A stretch of DNA of 64,000 nucleotides. Source: the human T2T-CHM13v2.0 reference genome, Homo sapiens. Below the pieces are notes generated by a model. It saw only the letters and a list, made by a program, of their open reading frames with translations. It made no database searches and was not told the origin of the DNA. Below are positions 25,994-40,981 of this stretch, one piece after another (positions within the stretch are counted from its first letter, which is position 1; every line of letters starts with the position of its first letter). Made by a program: the position numbers and the translations under genes. The DNA lies in the NCBI RefSeq assembly GCF_009914755.1, contig NC_060941.1; one strand, written 5' to 3'.

Positions 25994-26604
25994 CACGCCC
26001 GGCTGATTTTTGTAGTTTTAGTGGAGACGGTGTTTCAGCATCTTGGCCAGGCTGGTCTTGAACTCCTGACCTTGTGATCCACCCGCCTCGGCCTCCCAAA
26101 GTACTGGGATTACAGGCGTGAGCCACCGTGACTGCCGGCCACCATTTTTAATTGAGCTAAAATTCCCACAACAAAAAATTAACCACCAACCATTTTAAGG
26201 TGGACGATGTCATGTCATGTCATAGTACATTCATCATGTCTAGTTCCAAGACATTTTTCATCATCCCCTTAAGAAAACTCACACCCGTTAGCAGTCACTC
26301 CCCATTCCCTCCTCCCCCAGCCCTGGGCCACCCCTCATCCGCTTTCTGTCTCTCTGGATTTGCCTGTTCTGGACATTTCATATAAATTTCATATAAATAG
26401 AACATATAATGGTACACTATGGGAACTTTTGTGCCTGGCTTCTTTTGAGCATGGTGTTTTCAAGTTTCATCCCTGTTGTAGTGTGTACCAGGACATCTTT
26501 CCTTTTAATGGTTGGAAAATATTCCATTGTATGAATATACATTTTGTTTATCTGTTCATCTACTGATAAACATTTGGATTGTTTTCACGTTTTTACTATG
26601 GTGA

Positions 26605-26832
<228 letters not shown>

Positions 26833-27035
26833 TAGCTGGGACTATAGGTGCAAGCCACCCTGCCCAGGTAATGTTTGTATATTTTGTAGAAACCGTGTCT
26901 CACTATGTTGCCCAAGCTGGTCTTGAACTCCTGGACTGAAACGAACCTCCCATCTTGGCCTCCCAAAGTGCTGGGATTACAGGCGTGAGACACCGTGCCC
27001 TGCCTCATATAGTAATTCTGTGTTATAGTTATTGA

Positions 27036-27287
<252 letters not shown>

Positions 27288-27411
27288 TAGCCAGGATGGT
27301 TTCGATCTCCTGACCTCGTGATCCACCCGCCTCGGCCTCCCAAAGTGCTGGGATTACAGGTGTGAGCCACCGTGCCTGGCCTATTTTATTTATTCTTATT
27401 TTAACATTTTG

Positions 27412-27761
27412 TTTTAGAGACAGGGTTGGGGGGTTTTAGAGAGGATAGGTTGGGGGCGGGGAATAATTCCAACTGTGGTCTTTTTCTTTTCTCACCCTGT
27501 TGCCCAGGCTGGAGTGCAGTGGCTATTCACAGACGTGATTCCACTACTGATCAACACAGGAGTTTTAACCTGCTGTGTTTCCAACCTGGGCCAGTTGACT
27601 CTTCCTTAGGCAACCTGGTGGTCCCCTGCTCTTGGGGGGTCACCACATTGACGTTGATGGTCATGGCACACACCACCTCCCGGAAGTCCTAGGATCAAGC
27701 CTGTGTGCGTGAATCCTCCTGCCTCAGCTAGGATACAGGATCACACCACCAAGCCCAGCCC
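27412..27761 (-). pseudogene. 7SL (SRP RNA) retropseudogene
   Basis: Contains the 7SL S-domain that Alu lacks (ggctattcacag...ccactactgatc...ccttaggcaacctggtggtcccc...ggtcacca). TSD TATAATCTTTTA at 27047-27058 and 27762-27773 encloses it together with an AluY-like element in its tail (about 27060-27381). Confidence 0.9.
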
Positions 27762-28278
27762 TATAATCTTTTAAACATCCAAATAAGATCATGCCACCCA
27801 CTTCTGAAAGCCCTCTTGGGGTTCCTAGTATCACTGGGAATATAATCTAGACCCTCTCCTGGCCTCCCACCATGCTAGCCTAGCCCTGGTGCCTTTCAAA
27901 TAGTCCTGCCTAGCTAGGCGCAGTGGCTCACACCTGTAATGCCAGCATTTTGGGAGACCGAGGCGGGAGGATCGCTTGAGCCTGGGAGTTTGAGAACAGC
28001 CTGGGCAACATTGTGGAACTCTGTCTCTACAAAAATACAAAATTAGCCAGGCATGGTGGCATACGCCTGTTGTCCCAGCTACTCAGGAGGCTGAGGCAGG
28101 AGACTTGCTTGAACATAGGAAACAGGTTGCAGTGAGCTGAGATTGAGCCATTACACTCCAGCCTGGACAACAGAGTGAGAAAAGAAAAAGACCACAGTTG
28201 GAATTATTCCCCTTCCCCACCCTATCCTCCCAGCCCAAATCCGGGACCCGGCTCGGAACCTAACTTTTTTTTTTTTAG

Positions 28279-28434
<156 letters not shown>

Positions 28435-28841
28435 TAGTACAGACAGGGTTTCTCCATGTTTGTCAGGCTGGTCTCGAACTCCCAACCTCTGGTGATCTGC
28501 CCACCTCGGCCTCCCAAAGTAATGGGATTACAGACGTGAGCCACTGCACCCGGCCTATAACTACATTTTTTAACTACTTGGGCATGTTCTGGAGCCTTCG
28601 TTGCCCCTTCTGTAAGATGGGGAGAAAGTCCCCCACCCACAGAGTTACCATAAAGTATAAATGAGAGCATTCGTGCTCATTTGAGCCATTTCTCGGCCAG
28701 CCTGAACCTCTCCCCGGGCACCAACTTCATGCCTCCACTTGGACATATCAAACCAAAGGCTTGGATCTAACCTACAAAACTGCCCCCTCTCCATCCTCTC
28801 CATCCTTCCAGGGGCTCACTCAGCTCACAAATTTTGACTTA

Positions 28842-29573
<732 letters not shown>

Positions 29574-30949
29574 TTACTCCCTGCCCCCAACCTATCCTCC
29601 TAGCCCAATTCTGGGACCTCTTCATCTTGCCCTCCACTTGGCTTGGCAGTGGGGGTGGAACTGAATGGAGCTCAGAAATCGCCCAAGGTTGGCCTGCCAC
29701 CACGGCTCACACCTGTAATCCCAGCCCTTTGGGAGACTTAGGAAGGAGGATCATTTGAGTCCGGGAGTTTGAGACCAGTCTGGGCAACATAGCAAGCTAT
29801 GAAAAAAAAAAAATACAAAAATTAGCTGGGTGTGGTGGCTCGTGCAGTGAGCTGCAGTGAGCTATGATTTCATCACTGCACTCCAACCTGGGCGACAGAA
29901 AGAGACCCTGTCTCCAAAAATAAATAAATAGTGTGGCGCGGTAGCTCACGCCTGTAGTCCTAACATTTTGGGAGGCCGAGGTGGGCGGATCACTTGAGGT
30001 CAGGAGTTCGAGACCAGCCTAGCCAACATGGTGAAACCCTGTCCCTACTAAAAATATGAAACTTAGCCGGAAATCACTTGAACCCGGGAGAGGGAGGTTG
30101 CAGTGAGCAGAGATCGTGCCACTGCACTCCAGCCTGGGCAACAGAGCGAGACTCCTCAAAATAAATAAATAAATAAAAATATAAATAAATAAATAAAAGA
30201 AGTTGCCTAAGATGGGGGTACAGGGAGCCTCTGGAAAGGCCAGGGACACACAAAACTTCACCCACACCTCAAGGCTTGGATAGGTCCATCCTCCACTCCC
30301 TGGCACCTGCTGACTTTCCAGGGCTCATTCCATCACACATTCTGTGTCCATCTTCTCCATGACGAAGGAAGCGCCCAGAGAAGGCTCCCTGCCTTGTTCC
30401 CTGTGCACTGGAGGCACATCCTCAATGCATCACACTGCACCTGACAGGTAAGGGCATATAAGGTGCGTGCTGTGTGTTTGAGGCGTAAATGGAAGGAATG
30501 AATACGTGCACGGAGCAGTGAAATGAACAGCAGGGTTGTGCATCCTATACCGAGTGGGCTCTAGGAAAACACGGGCTGGGGGCGCCTGGTGGGCAGTGGC
30601 TGTCTGGCGTTGCGCTGACCTGTCCAGGAGCCTGAGGCAGGGCACCCGGGAACGAGGGCGCTGGGCCTGAGGCAAAGGGAAGCTGAGCACTGGGGCGAAG
30701 CAGAGCCTTCAGGACTGTGAGGTTGGGGGCCCAACCGAGGCAGTGGGCGCAATACATGGAAGGCACAGAGAGGGGACAGACAAGGCATAGGCGAGCCCAG
30801 CTGTGTCTGACGCTGGGATGCTGGAGGTGCTAGGCGTACAAAATGTGGGGTCCCAGATACGCAGGAGAACACAGGGTGCCCTAGGCATAGGGCACCCTGG
30901 GCGTGCGGGTTCTATAGCACAGGGTGCACAGAAGATGGGGCGTCCAGGT

Positions 30950-31320
30950 GCAGGGTTCATAGAACATGGGGTACTCGAGGCGCGTGGCACCGTGGGCGTG
31001 GAGGTCCCGTGGGACGGAATACACAGAGCGTGGGGTGTCTCAGGCGCGGGGCTCATGGGAATCCCAAGGCGCAAGGTGGGAGGCTGGAAGCGAGGAGCGC
31101 CCTGGGAGCAGGGTGTCCGAAGCGCGGGTACCGATCTGGGCAGCGCGGGGCACGCGGCGCGCGGGCGAGTCTGCGTGCGCGCGCGGACGCCTTGGTTCCC
31201 GGAGCCCAGTTGCTGGCGCGGCCTCCACTGCGGCTGCGAAGCCGAAGGTCTGAGGTGCGCCAGGGCTCTTTACGCGGCCCCCAGCCTCTCCGCACCCTTT
31301 GTCTCCTGAGCACGCCGCTC
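30950..31320. promoter_or_regulatory. Small CpG island upstream of the ADGRL1-like promoter
   Basis: Dense CGCG runs in non-repeat sequence. Confidence 0.6.
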
Positions 31321-33749
31321 ACAAGTCCAGGAGACATGGATCAGATGGAGGCTGGAGAGCCGATCCCAGCTGGGACCAGTGGGGTTTAGAGGGTCTAGAA
31401 AGGGGTGAGGGGCGAGGGTGAGGGGGTTCTGGCTGGGGTTTTCCAAACTGAGCTGAGGGTGCCTTAAAGAATGTCGTTGCTTTCCCTCATATAAGTAAAG
31501 GCCACTCCTTCTCGTAGCCTCTGGAGAGTGCAAGTTAGAACCACCTCCTAGGCTAGCTCTGTAGGGGGAAGTGGGTGGGCTGCTCAGGGCTGGAGGGTGG
31601 GGTGGGGACAAAGGCCTGGAGCAAGAGAACAAGGAGGTGACAAGCTTTTCCTGAGCGTCAAGTTCTGTTCCCTTTTCGGTACTGCTAGGTTTATAGAAAG
31701 CTGGCTGCCTGGAGTGCCCTCCATCTCAAAGCCTTCATGGGTCTTACTTGCTACTGTCAGTATCTCAAACTGGGAAATTGAGGCGTAGAGAGATGGGATG
31801 CCCTCCTCCATACCCAGTGGGTCTGCAGTCAACCACAGATGGATGGGATCTGTTTTGCACTCACCAACTCCTACTTTATACCCCTTTGGTCCCCCAGATC
31901 CAGGTGTCCAGCCTGGCCACCCAGATTCAAGGCTGGACAGCTCTGCAGCCATGAAATCCTGGGCATGAAGGAGGAACGAAAGTGACCCATCCCTCCATTT
32001 TGAAGTTCTCTGGGGCCAGATTTGCCTAGGTTCTGGCTTTCAAGAATCCCTTCCCAGTCATGAAAAGACAGCTGTCCATAGAAGGCGGTGGAGGGTGACA
32101 GGCTGCCACAGCTGTGGTGCGTGGTCACCTGGGCAGCCTGGAAGTCTGGTGTCCCTGCCCTTCCTCCAGTTTAGCCACAGCGACGTGCTTCTAGGAAGGG
32201 ATTCTTAGAGGCCAAGTTAATTCCCGTGCAGCCTATCAATTCAGGCTTTCTTAGATACTCATTTTTCCCATCCAGATATGCCTCAAGTTTTGTGGATTTA
32301 CCACTCCTACTCAGGAACCCTTTTCCCTTTCCTCATTCATTCTGCAAAGCGCCTGGTTAGCAATGCACTCTCTTCCCTGGACATGTAGGGAATGGGGGTT
32401 TCCCCCATCCCCATCCTCAGCCCGTCCCCCTCCTCTAAAACTCAGATCAGGGTTTGTCTGCCCTGCTGCTAAGATGCAGCCCAACTTTGAACTTTGAGCT
32501 GTCTGCTTTAACATTTGGGCCTCACTTGAATGGATTCCCTTCCCTGAGGATTCCAAGCCCTCCCCAGCCATCAGTCTTCCCATCTTTCATAAAATGGAGC
32601 CAGCAGCCCCGCTTCAGGGACTCCCCCCTCCCCCTGTTCCCTCTACGCCAGGATTCTTCCCCCGACTTCCATTTCCCTCCAGCCCCCACCCTGCACAAAG
32701 TTGCCTGTTCTGCCGAAGTGCCTATTTTTGGCTTGGGGCCCAGTTTTATAGCCCCAGCTATAGGTCTTGGCAGTCACAACTTTCGCTCTCCAGACAGCCA
32801 AGCCGGGTCCAACAGCCTTCCCCACCCCAGAGAGGGGGTGCGGGGGCTCCCTCTGCAGCCTCAACCCGAAACCTGCCCCTCGCCTTACTTGGTCTGATGC
32901 CTGGGAACCCAAGCCTGCTTCTTGCCCTACTTCTTAGAGTCCACCAGCTGCAATGGAGTTGTTAGGTGTTGAAAATCCATGCCGGGTTTTTACTCTTTCA
33001 GAGAACATAAAATTCAATTTTTCTCCTCGCACCCCCTCCCCAAAAGCAAGACTTTGAGGCGTTTATAGATACAAACCTTCCCCTAACGCTTCCCTCCGCC
33101 CCTGCTACCCGGTCAGCTCCAAGCCCCTGTCCCGGTGGCCCAGGATCTTCTGCTAAGGGTCTCATTCCGTCCCGCGCTCCAGTCCTGGCTTGGCGTGCCT
33201 CCCTCGCCTTTTATTGTAGGTCTGGTCTCCCAGGGTAGCGGCCTCATCGCATTCCCTTCGCAGCGCCCCTGGATCCAGAAACCGCTTTTACCTGTCCGCT
33301 CCGGTGCAGCCAGCACGCCGAATCCCGTCGTACCCGAGTCCAGCCCTCCTTTTGCCCCTCCCCCTTGCACGTCGCTGCCAGGAAGATGAGGGCAGCCCAA
33401 GTCGCCTCAGCCACTAAGCATCCCCCTTCCAGAACTCCCCCCATGCGAACCCAGGTCCCGGGAGTTCCGGGCTGGGTCTTGCTTGTTTTCACTGCGTTAG
33501 GCCTGACGCATTACTCCGTCTCCCAAGAAAGAATCCGGCCCGAAATTTGCGTGCCCCGGGTGCGTTTGGCCATGTCGCATCTACCCCCCAACCCCCCGCT
33601 CCAACACCGTTTCTCCCATCTTTATCTAATCCAACTCGGGTTTTGCACAACCCTTCCAGATCTCCCCATTTGCGCCCTCCTTCCCCGGGCTCGGCGCCTT
33701 TCCTTTTACTTCACTGGAAAATCCGCTCCGGGTCTTCCTTACGCCTGTC

Positions 33750-35480
33750 TCCCTTCCCCGACTCCCCGCTCCAACGCGGGGGTCCAGCACGTCGCTTTCC
33801 CTCTCTCTGCTTTTCCAGGGAGGAGGCGAGAGGAGGCGAAAGGAAGGAAACTCCAGCACGGGTTTTCGGGCCGGCTCCTGGGGCGCTCAAGCGGGTTGCG
33901 GCGGCCAGTCCCGGGCGGCGACTCCGGGCCGGATTTTGCGCGCGCCCACCGCCCCCCTCCCGGAGCGGGTGCGCCGGGGAGAGGGGAGAGCTGGCGGCTT
34001 GTCATTGCTGGTTCCCGGCTCCGGCTCGGTCCGCGCGTCCTGCGGTGCCCACGGGCCCGGCCTGGCGCCCCCCCCTCCGGCCGCGCCGCCCCTCTCCGCC
34101 AGCTCCGCGCCGCCCGCCCCCAACCCGAGCTCCCCGCGGCCACTGCGGGGAGCCCGAGCCGTCGGCGCGGGAGCTGTCGGCGCTGCGGTGCCCCCGCCCC
34201 GCCGTCTGCCGAGGAGGCCCCGGCTGAGGGGGCCGCGCGGGCCCCGGAGCGGCGCCGCCGAGCGGCGGGGGCCTGCAGGGGCGCCCCCGCTGCCCCGTTA
34301 ACCCCTCGTCCACCGCCGCCGTCGGAGGGGGCTGGGAAGTCGCCTGGGCACACACGTGCCGCCTCCGTTGGGGCCGCGGAGCTGCGGGGGAGATGCGGGC
34401 CGCTGCCGGCGCCGCCTCGGGGCGCTCCGCCTCGCCCCAGCCCCCGGCGCTCTGACGCCGCCCCCGCCCCACAGCCTCCCTCCCCGGGAGGGGCGCAGAC
34501 CCGATCGCCCCCAGTCCCGAGCCTCCGCCGCCGCGAGGGGGCCGCCTTTGGATCCGTGTAATCCGCCTCTTTTTTTCTATTTTCTTTTTTTTTTTTTTTT
34601 TTTTTTTCTAATTTTTGGTTGGTGGCGGCGGTGCTGGGCCAGGGGAAGGAAGGGACACGGAGGCCGCCCTCGCCCCGCCACCTCCTACCAGCTTCCCCCC
34701 AGCCCCGGCTCCGGGAGATGTGCCGGGCGGGGGGCCCGGGTTCGCCGAGCCGCAGGAGAGACACGCTGGGCCGACCCCAGAGCGGCGCTGGACAGGTGAG
34801 TGTCTGCGGGCCCAGGGCGAGGGGCGAAGCCGCACCTGGGCCAGGTGTGCGGGGCGCGCGGAAGAGGGGAGGCGGGAAGGATGGGAGGCCGGGGCCTGTC
34901 CTGGCCGCGAGGGCGGAGGGGACGCTGGAGCCGCGCGGGGCACCGCACCTGAGCGGGAGGGGCGTCGGGGGCAGCCCGCACCTCACCCCCACTGGCGAGG
35001 GGCCCGGGAGGGGCGGCCCCCACGGAGCTCCCGGGGCGCGGGGGTGCGGACGGGCGACCGCAGGGTGCCTGGCGGGGGGAGGGGACAGCGAGTGTGCCCG
35101 CGCGCGCGCCAGCCTTTGTGGGGAAGCGGCGCCGCGGTGCCTGCGTGTCCCCGGTGCGTGTGCGCGCGGGTCCTTGGCGCCCTGTTTGTGTAGGTGTCTG
35201 GGTGTGAGCGGAGGGGGTGCGTGTGCGTGTGCGCGCCGCGCGCCGGCCCCGGGCCCCAGAGGATCCGTGTCGGGGATTGGCACCACAGGATGCTGGGCGA
35301 GGGGGTTGTTTTTCTCTGGGAGGCAGTGGCGCGGGGGATGGGGAGGGGTCCGTCTGGGTGTCAAGCCGGCCGCAGTCCGGGGGGCGCCGCTGTCAGGAAG
35401 AGGGGGTGCAGCCAGGCAGCACCTTCTCTCCGTGGTGCCGGGTTAAAGCACGGGAGGCCGGCAGGTTTGATCCACCCGGA
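33750..35480. promoter_or_regulatory. Large CpG island (ADGRL1-derived promoter, exon 1 and start of intron 1)
   Basis: Extremely GC- and CpG-rich, free of repeats, many GC boxes, surrounds a strong splice donor. Confidence 0.9.
34560..34795 (+). pseudogene. Duplicated non-coding exon 1 of ADGRL1 (latrophilin-1/LPHN1/LEC2)
   Basis: A T-tract followed by ctaatttttggttggtggcggcggtgctgggccaggggaaggaagggacacgg...caggagagacacgctgggccgaccccagagcggcgctggacag matches my recollection of the ADGRL1 mRNA 5'UTR. It ends at a consensus donor CAG|GTGAGT. No ADGRL1 coding exon was recognised downstream. The 5' boundary is approximate. Confidence 0.75.
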
Positions 35481-35974
35481 TTATTCGTGCTTTGAGGACA
35501 GCTCCCCACCCCCACCCCAGGTGCGCATTGGATTGAGCTACGAGGGTTCAGTTGTCATCCTCCCATCTGACGGTCCTGGGACCCGAGTCCAGGCCTGAAG
35601 TGGTGGGGTGGGGGGGTGCTGTGTTTGCTCCAGCCGTGTCCAGAAAATGCCCTCCCAGGTATCTCTCCAGTGCACCCCCGGCCCCCATCTGAAGACAGCC
35701 GCTGGCTACACACACCCCTGTCCCTACACTTCCAGTCCAGGTCCTCACACTGCCCCATCCCTGGCCAGCACCTCACTGTACCTGCCTGGACCCTTTCTTC
35801 CTGTTCCAACCCCCATCCACCCCCAGCCATGGCAGCTGCGTGGGGGTTTCTGTATCCCAGTTCCAGGCAGGGCCCCCCTCTTCCGCCTGGCTTCCACTAG
35901 ACTCAGAGCTGGGGTCTGTCTTCCCACATCCCACATCCCAACATGTGTGCCTGGGGGCAGGAGGGGGAGGGGTT

Positions 35975-35998
35975 CAAAATGGCTGCCAAGATGGCTGT
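35975..35998 (+). promoter_or_regulatory. Tandem YY1-like motifs
   Basis: CAAAATGGCTGC immediately followed by CAAGATGGCTGT. Confidence 0.5.
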
Positions 35999-36082
35999 CT
36001 CGCTGTCTCGCGCTCTCTCTCTCGCTGTCTCTCTCTCGCTCTCTGTCTTTCTCTATATCTCTCTCTCTCTCTTCCCCTCTCT
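35997..36082. repeat. Imperfect (CT)n tract
   Basis: gtctcgctgtctcgcgctctctctctcgctgtctctctctc... Confidence 0.85.
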
Positions 36083-38128
36083 GCTTGCCCGGCTCCCTTA
36101 TCCTGGTAGGGAGTCACTGCTTAGAGGAGGTTGGACCCAGTGGGGCACACCTGAGGGTGAATGTATATTCCCGGCCGTTGACCTCCATGCTGTTTGGGGA
36201 CAGACCATTGGTTTCTGCTTCTCTCTCCAACACCCCAAGGGCTGCCATGTGCCTAACCTGACCCCAGACCCCACTCCTTCACCCTGGCTCACAGCCTGAA
36301 AGCTCCCTGCCCTCCACCTGCTCTCCAGGGCCTGGCCCCCTGAATTGATCAACCCCGCGGAGGGTCCACACCCCTCATTCTCTTCTCCGGTCTGCCCCAC
36401 GGCCCGGGGGCAGGGGATTGATTCTGCGTGGGCCCCTGTCAGGCCCCAGCTTTGGGGGGCAGGTGACTTCTCCTTCCTCCCTGCTCCCCTTCCATTAATG
36501 CCAAATTTATTACTTAAAAGTAGGATGAAAACAGGGAGAATAAGAGAAGGTTTACAATCTTCATTATCATATCGAGAAAATTATCCGTGATTTTCCTAAC
36601 TAGCAATTTGCCTGCCATGCCGTTCAGAACTGACTTGCCCATTAATTACAGAGATGAAAAATCATCTGGAATTCGGAAAAGGGAACTAATTCCATGGCTG
36701 GCAGCGATCGCACCCGTGCACGGAGCCACATACATGTGCGACATACGTGTGCGCTCACATGTAGGTCCCGGCCCTCTTGCTGGTCTTGCCACCATCTTCC
36801 TACCCAGCTTGGTGACCTCCCTCATGGCCTTGCTCGGTCCACCCCATGTGTGTGTGGCACCTGCCCTGGGACACCCCTGCAGGCCCTCTTTCTCTCCAAG
36901 GGGCGCCCATCTCAATCCCCACTTCTGGGAAGCTTGCGTACCCCGTGATCACCCACGCTGATTCCTGCTCTTGGGGGTGTAGCTGGCGCCCAGGGTTGGG
37001 GAGGATGGAGAGCTGGGGACCAGCACACCTGGGCTGTGGAGCCTGCAGGGAGGGGGTGGAAGGGGGGGACTTGAAGCCCAGCTTCTATTCCCAGCCTGCC
37101 CAGGGGAGCCCTTTCTCCTGGGGGGCCTAGTAGGACCCTGTGGGCACGTTGGGGAGGAGCCTACAGGCGCCTCAGCTGCACGGGAGTGTGTTTGCATCCA
37201 GCAGTTTGGGCCCCCGGCCGGTGGCGTCTCCACCTGCACGTGAGGCTGTGTGATGCTTGCAGGCATCTCGGTGGGGAGGGTGGCAGCGGGTGCCCCTCAA
37301 GAGGAACAGGAGGAGTGGGAGCACTGCCATCCCCGCTGGAGCATCGTCTTTGCCCTCCACCCCCTCCTTCCTCCCTGGCGAGACATGTGGCCAGGGACAC
37401 ACAAGGCTCTGGGTTCTGTGTGGGTTCCTCTCACGGATCTGATTTCCACATGCCAGACACTTCCCCTTCTTCCAGCCCCTCCGTGGGGAGGCAGGGAGAG
37501 GGGCTCCCGAGGCGGGGGTTCCCTGGGTCTGAAACCCTGACCCCAGTGACCCTGAAGGTGCCATGGCAAGACAGACAGCTCCTCCCAGGCTGGGTTTGGG
37601 GCAAAGTGGTTGCTATTGGGCACCCTGATGGAAGGGGAGAGACGGGTCCTGGAGTGAGGTGGGAGGCCAAGTAGAAACATGGAGGGGGTCCCGGTGTCCC
37701 CAGAATCCAGATGTCTGTCTGTCTCTCCACCTGTGCATAGGTGTCCTCTGCCTGTGTGGCCTGGATGGTGATCTAGCCAAGGGTGCATGTGGCCACGTGA
37801 CCATCAGGCACATCCGGTGTTCATAAGGGTCCCTTGTGTGCTGGTGTTTGTGTTTTGCAGAGGGGGTGGTCATGCTGGGGGAGGTAGGGCTGCAAGAAGG
37901 AGTAGCTGTCTGTGTGCACACATGGAGCTGTTTGCATCTTTTGTGCACCTGCAGTTGTGTGCTCAGGATTTCTTGGAGCAAGGCTGGGTGCACCTTGTCA
38001 TGCAATCTGCACACACTTGCCAAGTGCCTTCCCCACCCAGCACCATGCGGGGGGTGCCATGGGGGCTGGTGGCCACGTCCTGTCCTCATGGAGCTCACAC
38101 TCTAGCAACACATATGGGGTTTCCATCA

Positions 38129-38563
<435 letters not shown>

Positions 38564-39544
38564 TCATGGTCTTTCTGGGCCACCTCCTCCCTCCTCGTTG
38601 CTCCTCCAGTGTGCTAAGTGTGATCCTACCCCGGGGCGTTTGCACTGCTGTTCTGCCATCTAGGACCCTTCCCCAGATATTTGCGAGGCTTTTTCTCCCC
38701 CACCCTCTTGAAATATCACCTCCCCAGTAAGGTTTACTCCCAGGCACCTTCTGCAGAGTCTCAGCTTCCCACACCCCTCCTGATGTTCAGTACAGCAGAC
38801 GGCTTTTCACATAGGCTGTAATTTCCTGATGTTCTGCGCTTGTTTGTTTACTGTCTGTGTCTGTGAGGAGGATCCAAGTGCGCGAGGATGTTGTGATTTG
38901 CTTTGCTTTGGGAATCCCAGGTGTCAGCAGTCATCACTGGCCCACAGTGTGCGTTCAAGAAGTCTTACCTGACCCAGGTGTGGTGACTCACACCTGTAAA
39001 CCCAGAATGTTGGGAAGCCGAGGTGGGAAGATTGCTCGAGGACAAGAATTTGAGATCAGCCTGGGCAACATAGCAAGACTCGTTTCTAAAAAATTTTTTT
39101 AATAGTTGGGCATCGTGAATATGCACCTGTAGTCTCAGCTGCTCAGGAGGCTGAGGTGGAAGGATCGCTTGAGCCCAGAAGTTTGAGGCTGCAGTGAGCT
39201 ATGATTGCACGAGTGCACTCCAGCCTGGGCGACAAAGCAGGATCCTGACTCTTAAAAAAAAAAAAAAAAAAAAAAGGCCCCTGCCTTCACTGTCTCCTGT
39301 TCCAAAATTTGGGGGGAGATAAAAATTCAATAAATAGATGCCCAGGCCAAAAATAGCCTTGCCCCCCCGCCAAAAAAAAAAAAAAAAGCCTCAGAATAGT
39401 CAGTGCCCCTCCCTCAGAGGCTAAAAATACCCTGCAGGTCACAAATGATCAGGTCAGGAAGCCAGGTGGATTCTCCTTCCTGTCCTTGAGGAGGTGAGGG
39501 GTCCGGGGCTGGCTTTCTCAGACAGGATTTCCCAGATGATTTCC

Positions 39545-39745
39545 ATTACTCCTGACTTTGGCACTGCATCATTCTCTGTGGGAGGCTGTCCTTTGTACTA
39601 TAGGATGCTCAGAGGCCACCCTAGCCTCTTCCCGATGGATGTCAGTGACACCTCCAGCCCCACAGTTGTAACACCTCGGAACGTCTCCAGACATTGCTAA
39701 ACATACTGGGATCAGGGGCAGAATTGTCCTGGGTTGGCAGTGATG
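39545..39745. mobile_element. MER20 fossil in the opposite orientation
   Basis: ggctgtcct...taggatgctc...cagttgtaacac...gtctccagacattgc. Confidence 0.65.
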
Positions 39746-40273
39746 GCTGTAGAGTAGAGGTTGCCAGTGGGGCAAGGTGGCCCACGCCTGTAATCCTAGC
39801 ACTTTGGGAGGCTGAGGCAGGAGGATCACTTGAGTCCAGGAGTTCAAGACCAGCCTGGGCGACAAAGCGAGACCCCCTTCTTTACAGAATAAAAAATTAA
39901 AAAATTCGTTGGGCATGGTGCTGCACGCCTGTCGTCCCAGCTACTCGGGAGGCTGAGGCAGGAGGATCACTTGAGCTGGGAGGTCAAGGCTGCAGTGAGC
40001 TGTGATCCCGCCAGTGCATTCCAGCCTGGGCAACAGAGCAAGACCCTGTCTCAAAAAAATATATACATAAATAAAATAGAGTAGAGGTTGGCTGACTTTC
40101 CTGTAGAAAGCCCGATGGTAAATCCTGCAAGCTTTGCGGGCCGCAGACGGGTTCTGTGGCCTGTTCTCTTTTCTCTTCTCTTCAGTCCTTTAAAAATGTA
40201 AACACCATTCTTAGCTCACCAGCTGTACAAAAGCAGGCTGGGGCCTGGCCATGGTTGGCCGACCCTGCCCCAG

Positions 40274-40292
40274 AACGCCCCCTAGTGGCTTC
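40274..40292 (-). promoter_or_regulatory. CTCF motif
   Basis: Minus strand AAGCCACTAGGGGGCGTT. Confidence 0.6.
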
Positions 40293-40627
40293 TGGGAGTG
40301 AAGGCTGGGCAGAGGGGCGGCCCCATTTGGGGAGCAGTTGTGTGCTTAAAGTACAAGGCGAGTCCCGCGCAGTCTGTTCCCGGCACCTCCCTGCTCTCAC
40401 CTCCTCCCACTCTCCTCACCAGCTCACGACCCGCTTCCTCGATGCAGCTGCCACCGTTATTCAAACATACAGGCACAGTCCAGCCCCAGGGCCTTTGCAC
40501 GGGCTGTGACCCTGCCTAGGACGCTCTTCTAACTCTCCTGAACTGATCACCTGCGTGCTCCTCCCTCAAATTCACAGAGGTTTGCTAAAATGTCATCTTC
40601 TCCAGGGGAGATGACCTTTCTTGATCA

Positions 40628-40819
<192 letters not shown>

Positions 40820-40822
40820 TCA

Positions 40823-40981
<159 letters not shown>

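Noticed and set aside
33365-35446. Long ORFs of 398, 541 and 275 aa on both strands
   Set aside because: Pro/Arg/Gly/Ala-rich read-through of a CpG island with few stops, overlapping in several frames, with no recognisable domain. Only the short ATG at 34718 was kept as part of a finding.
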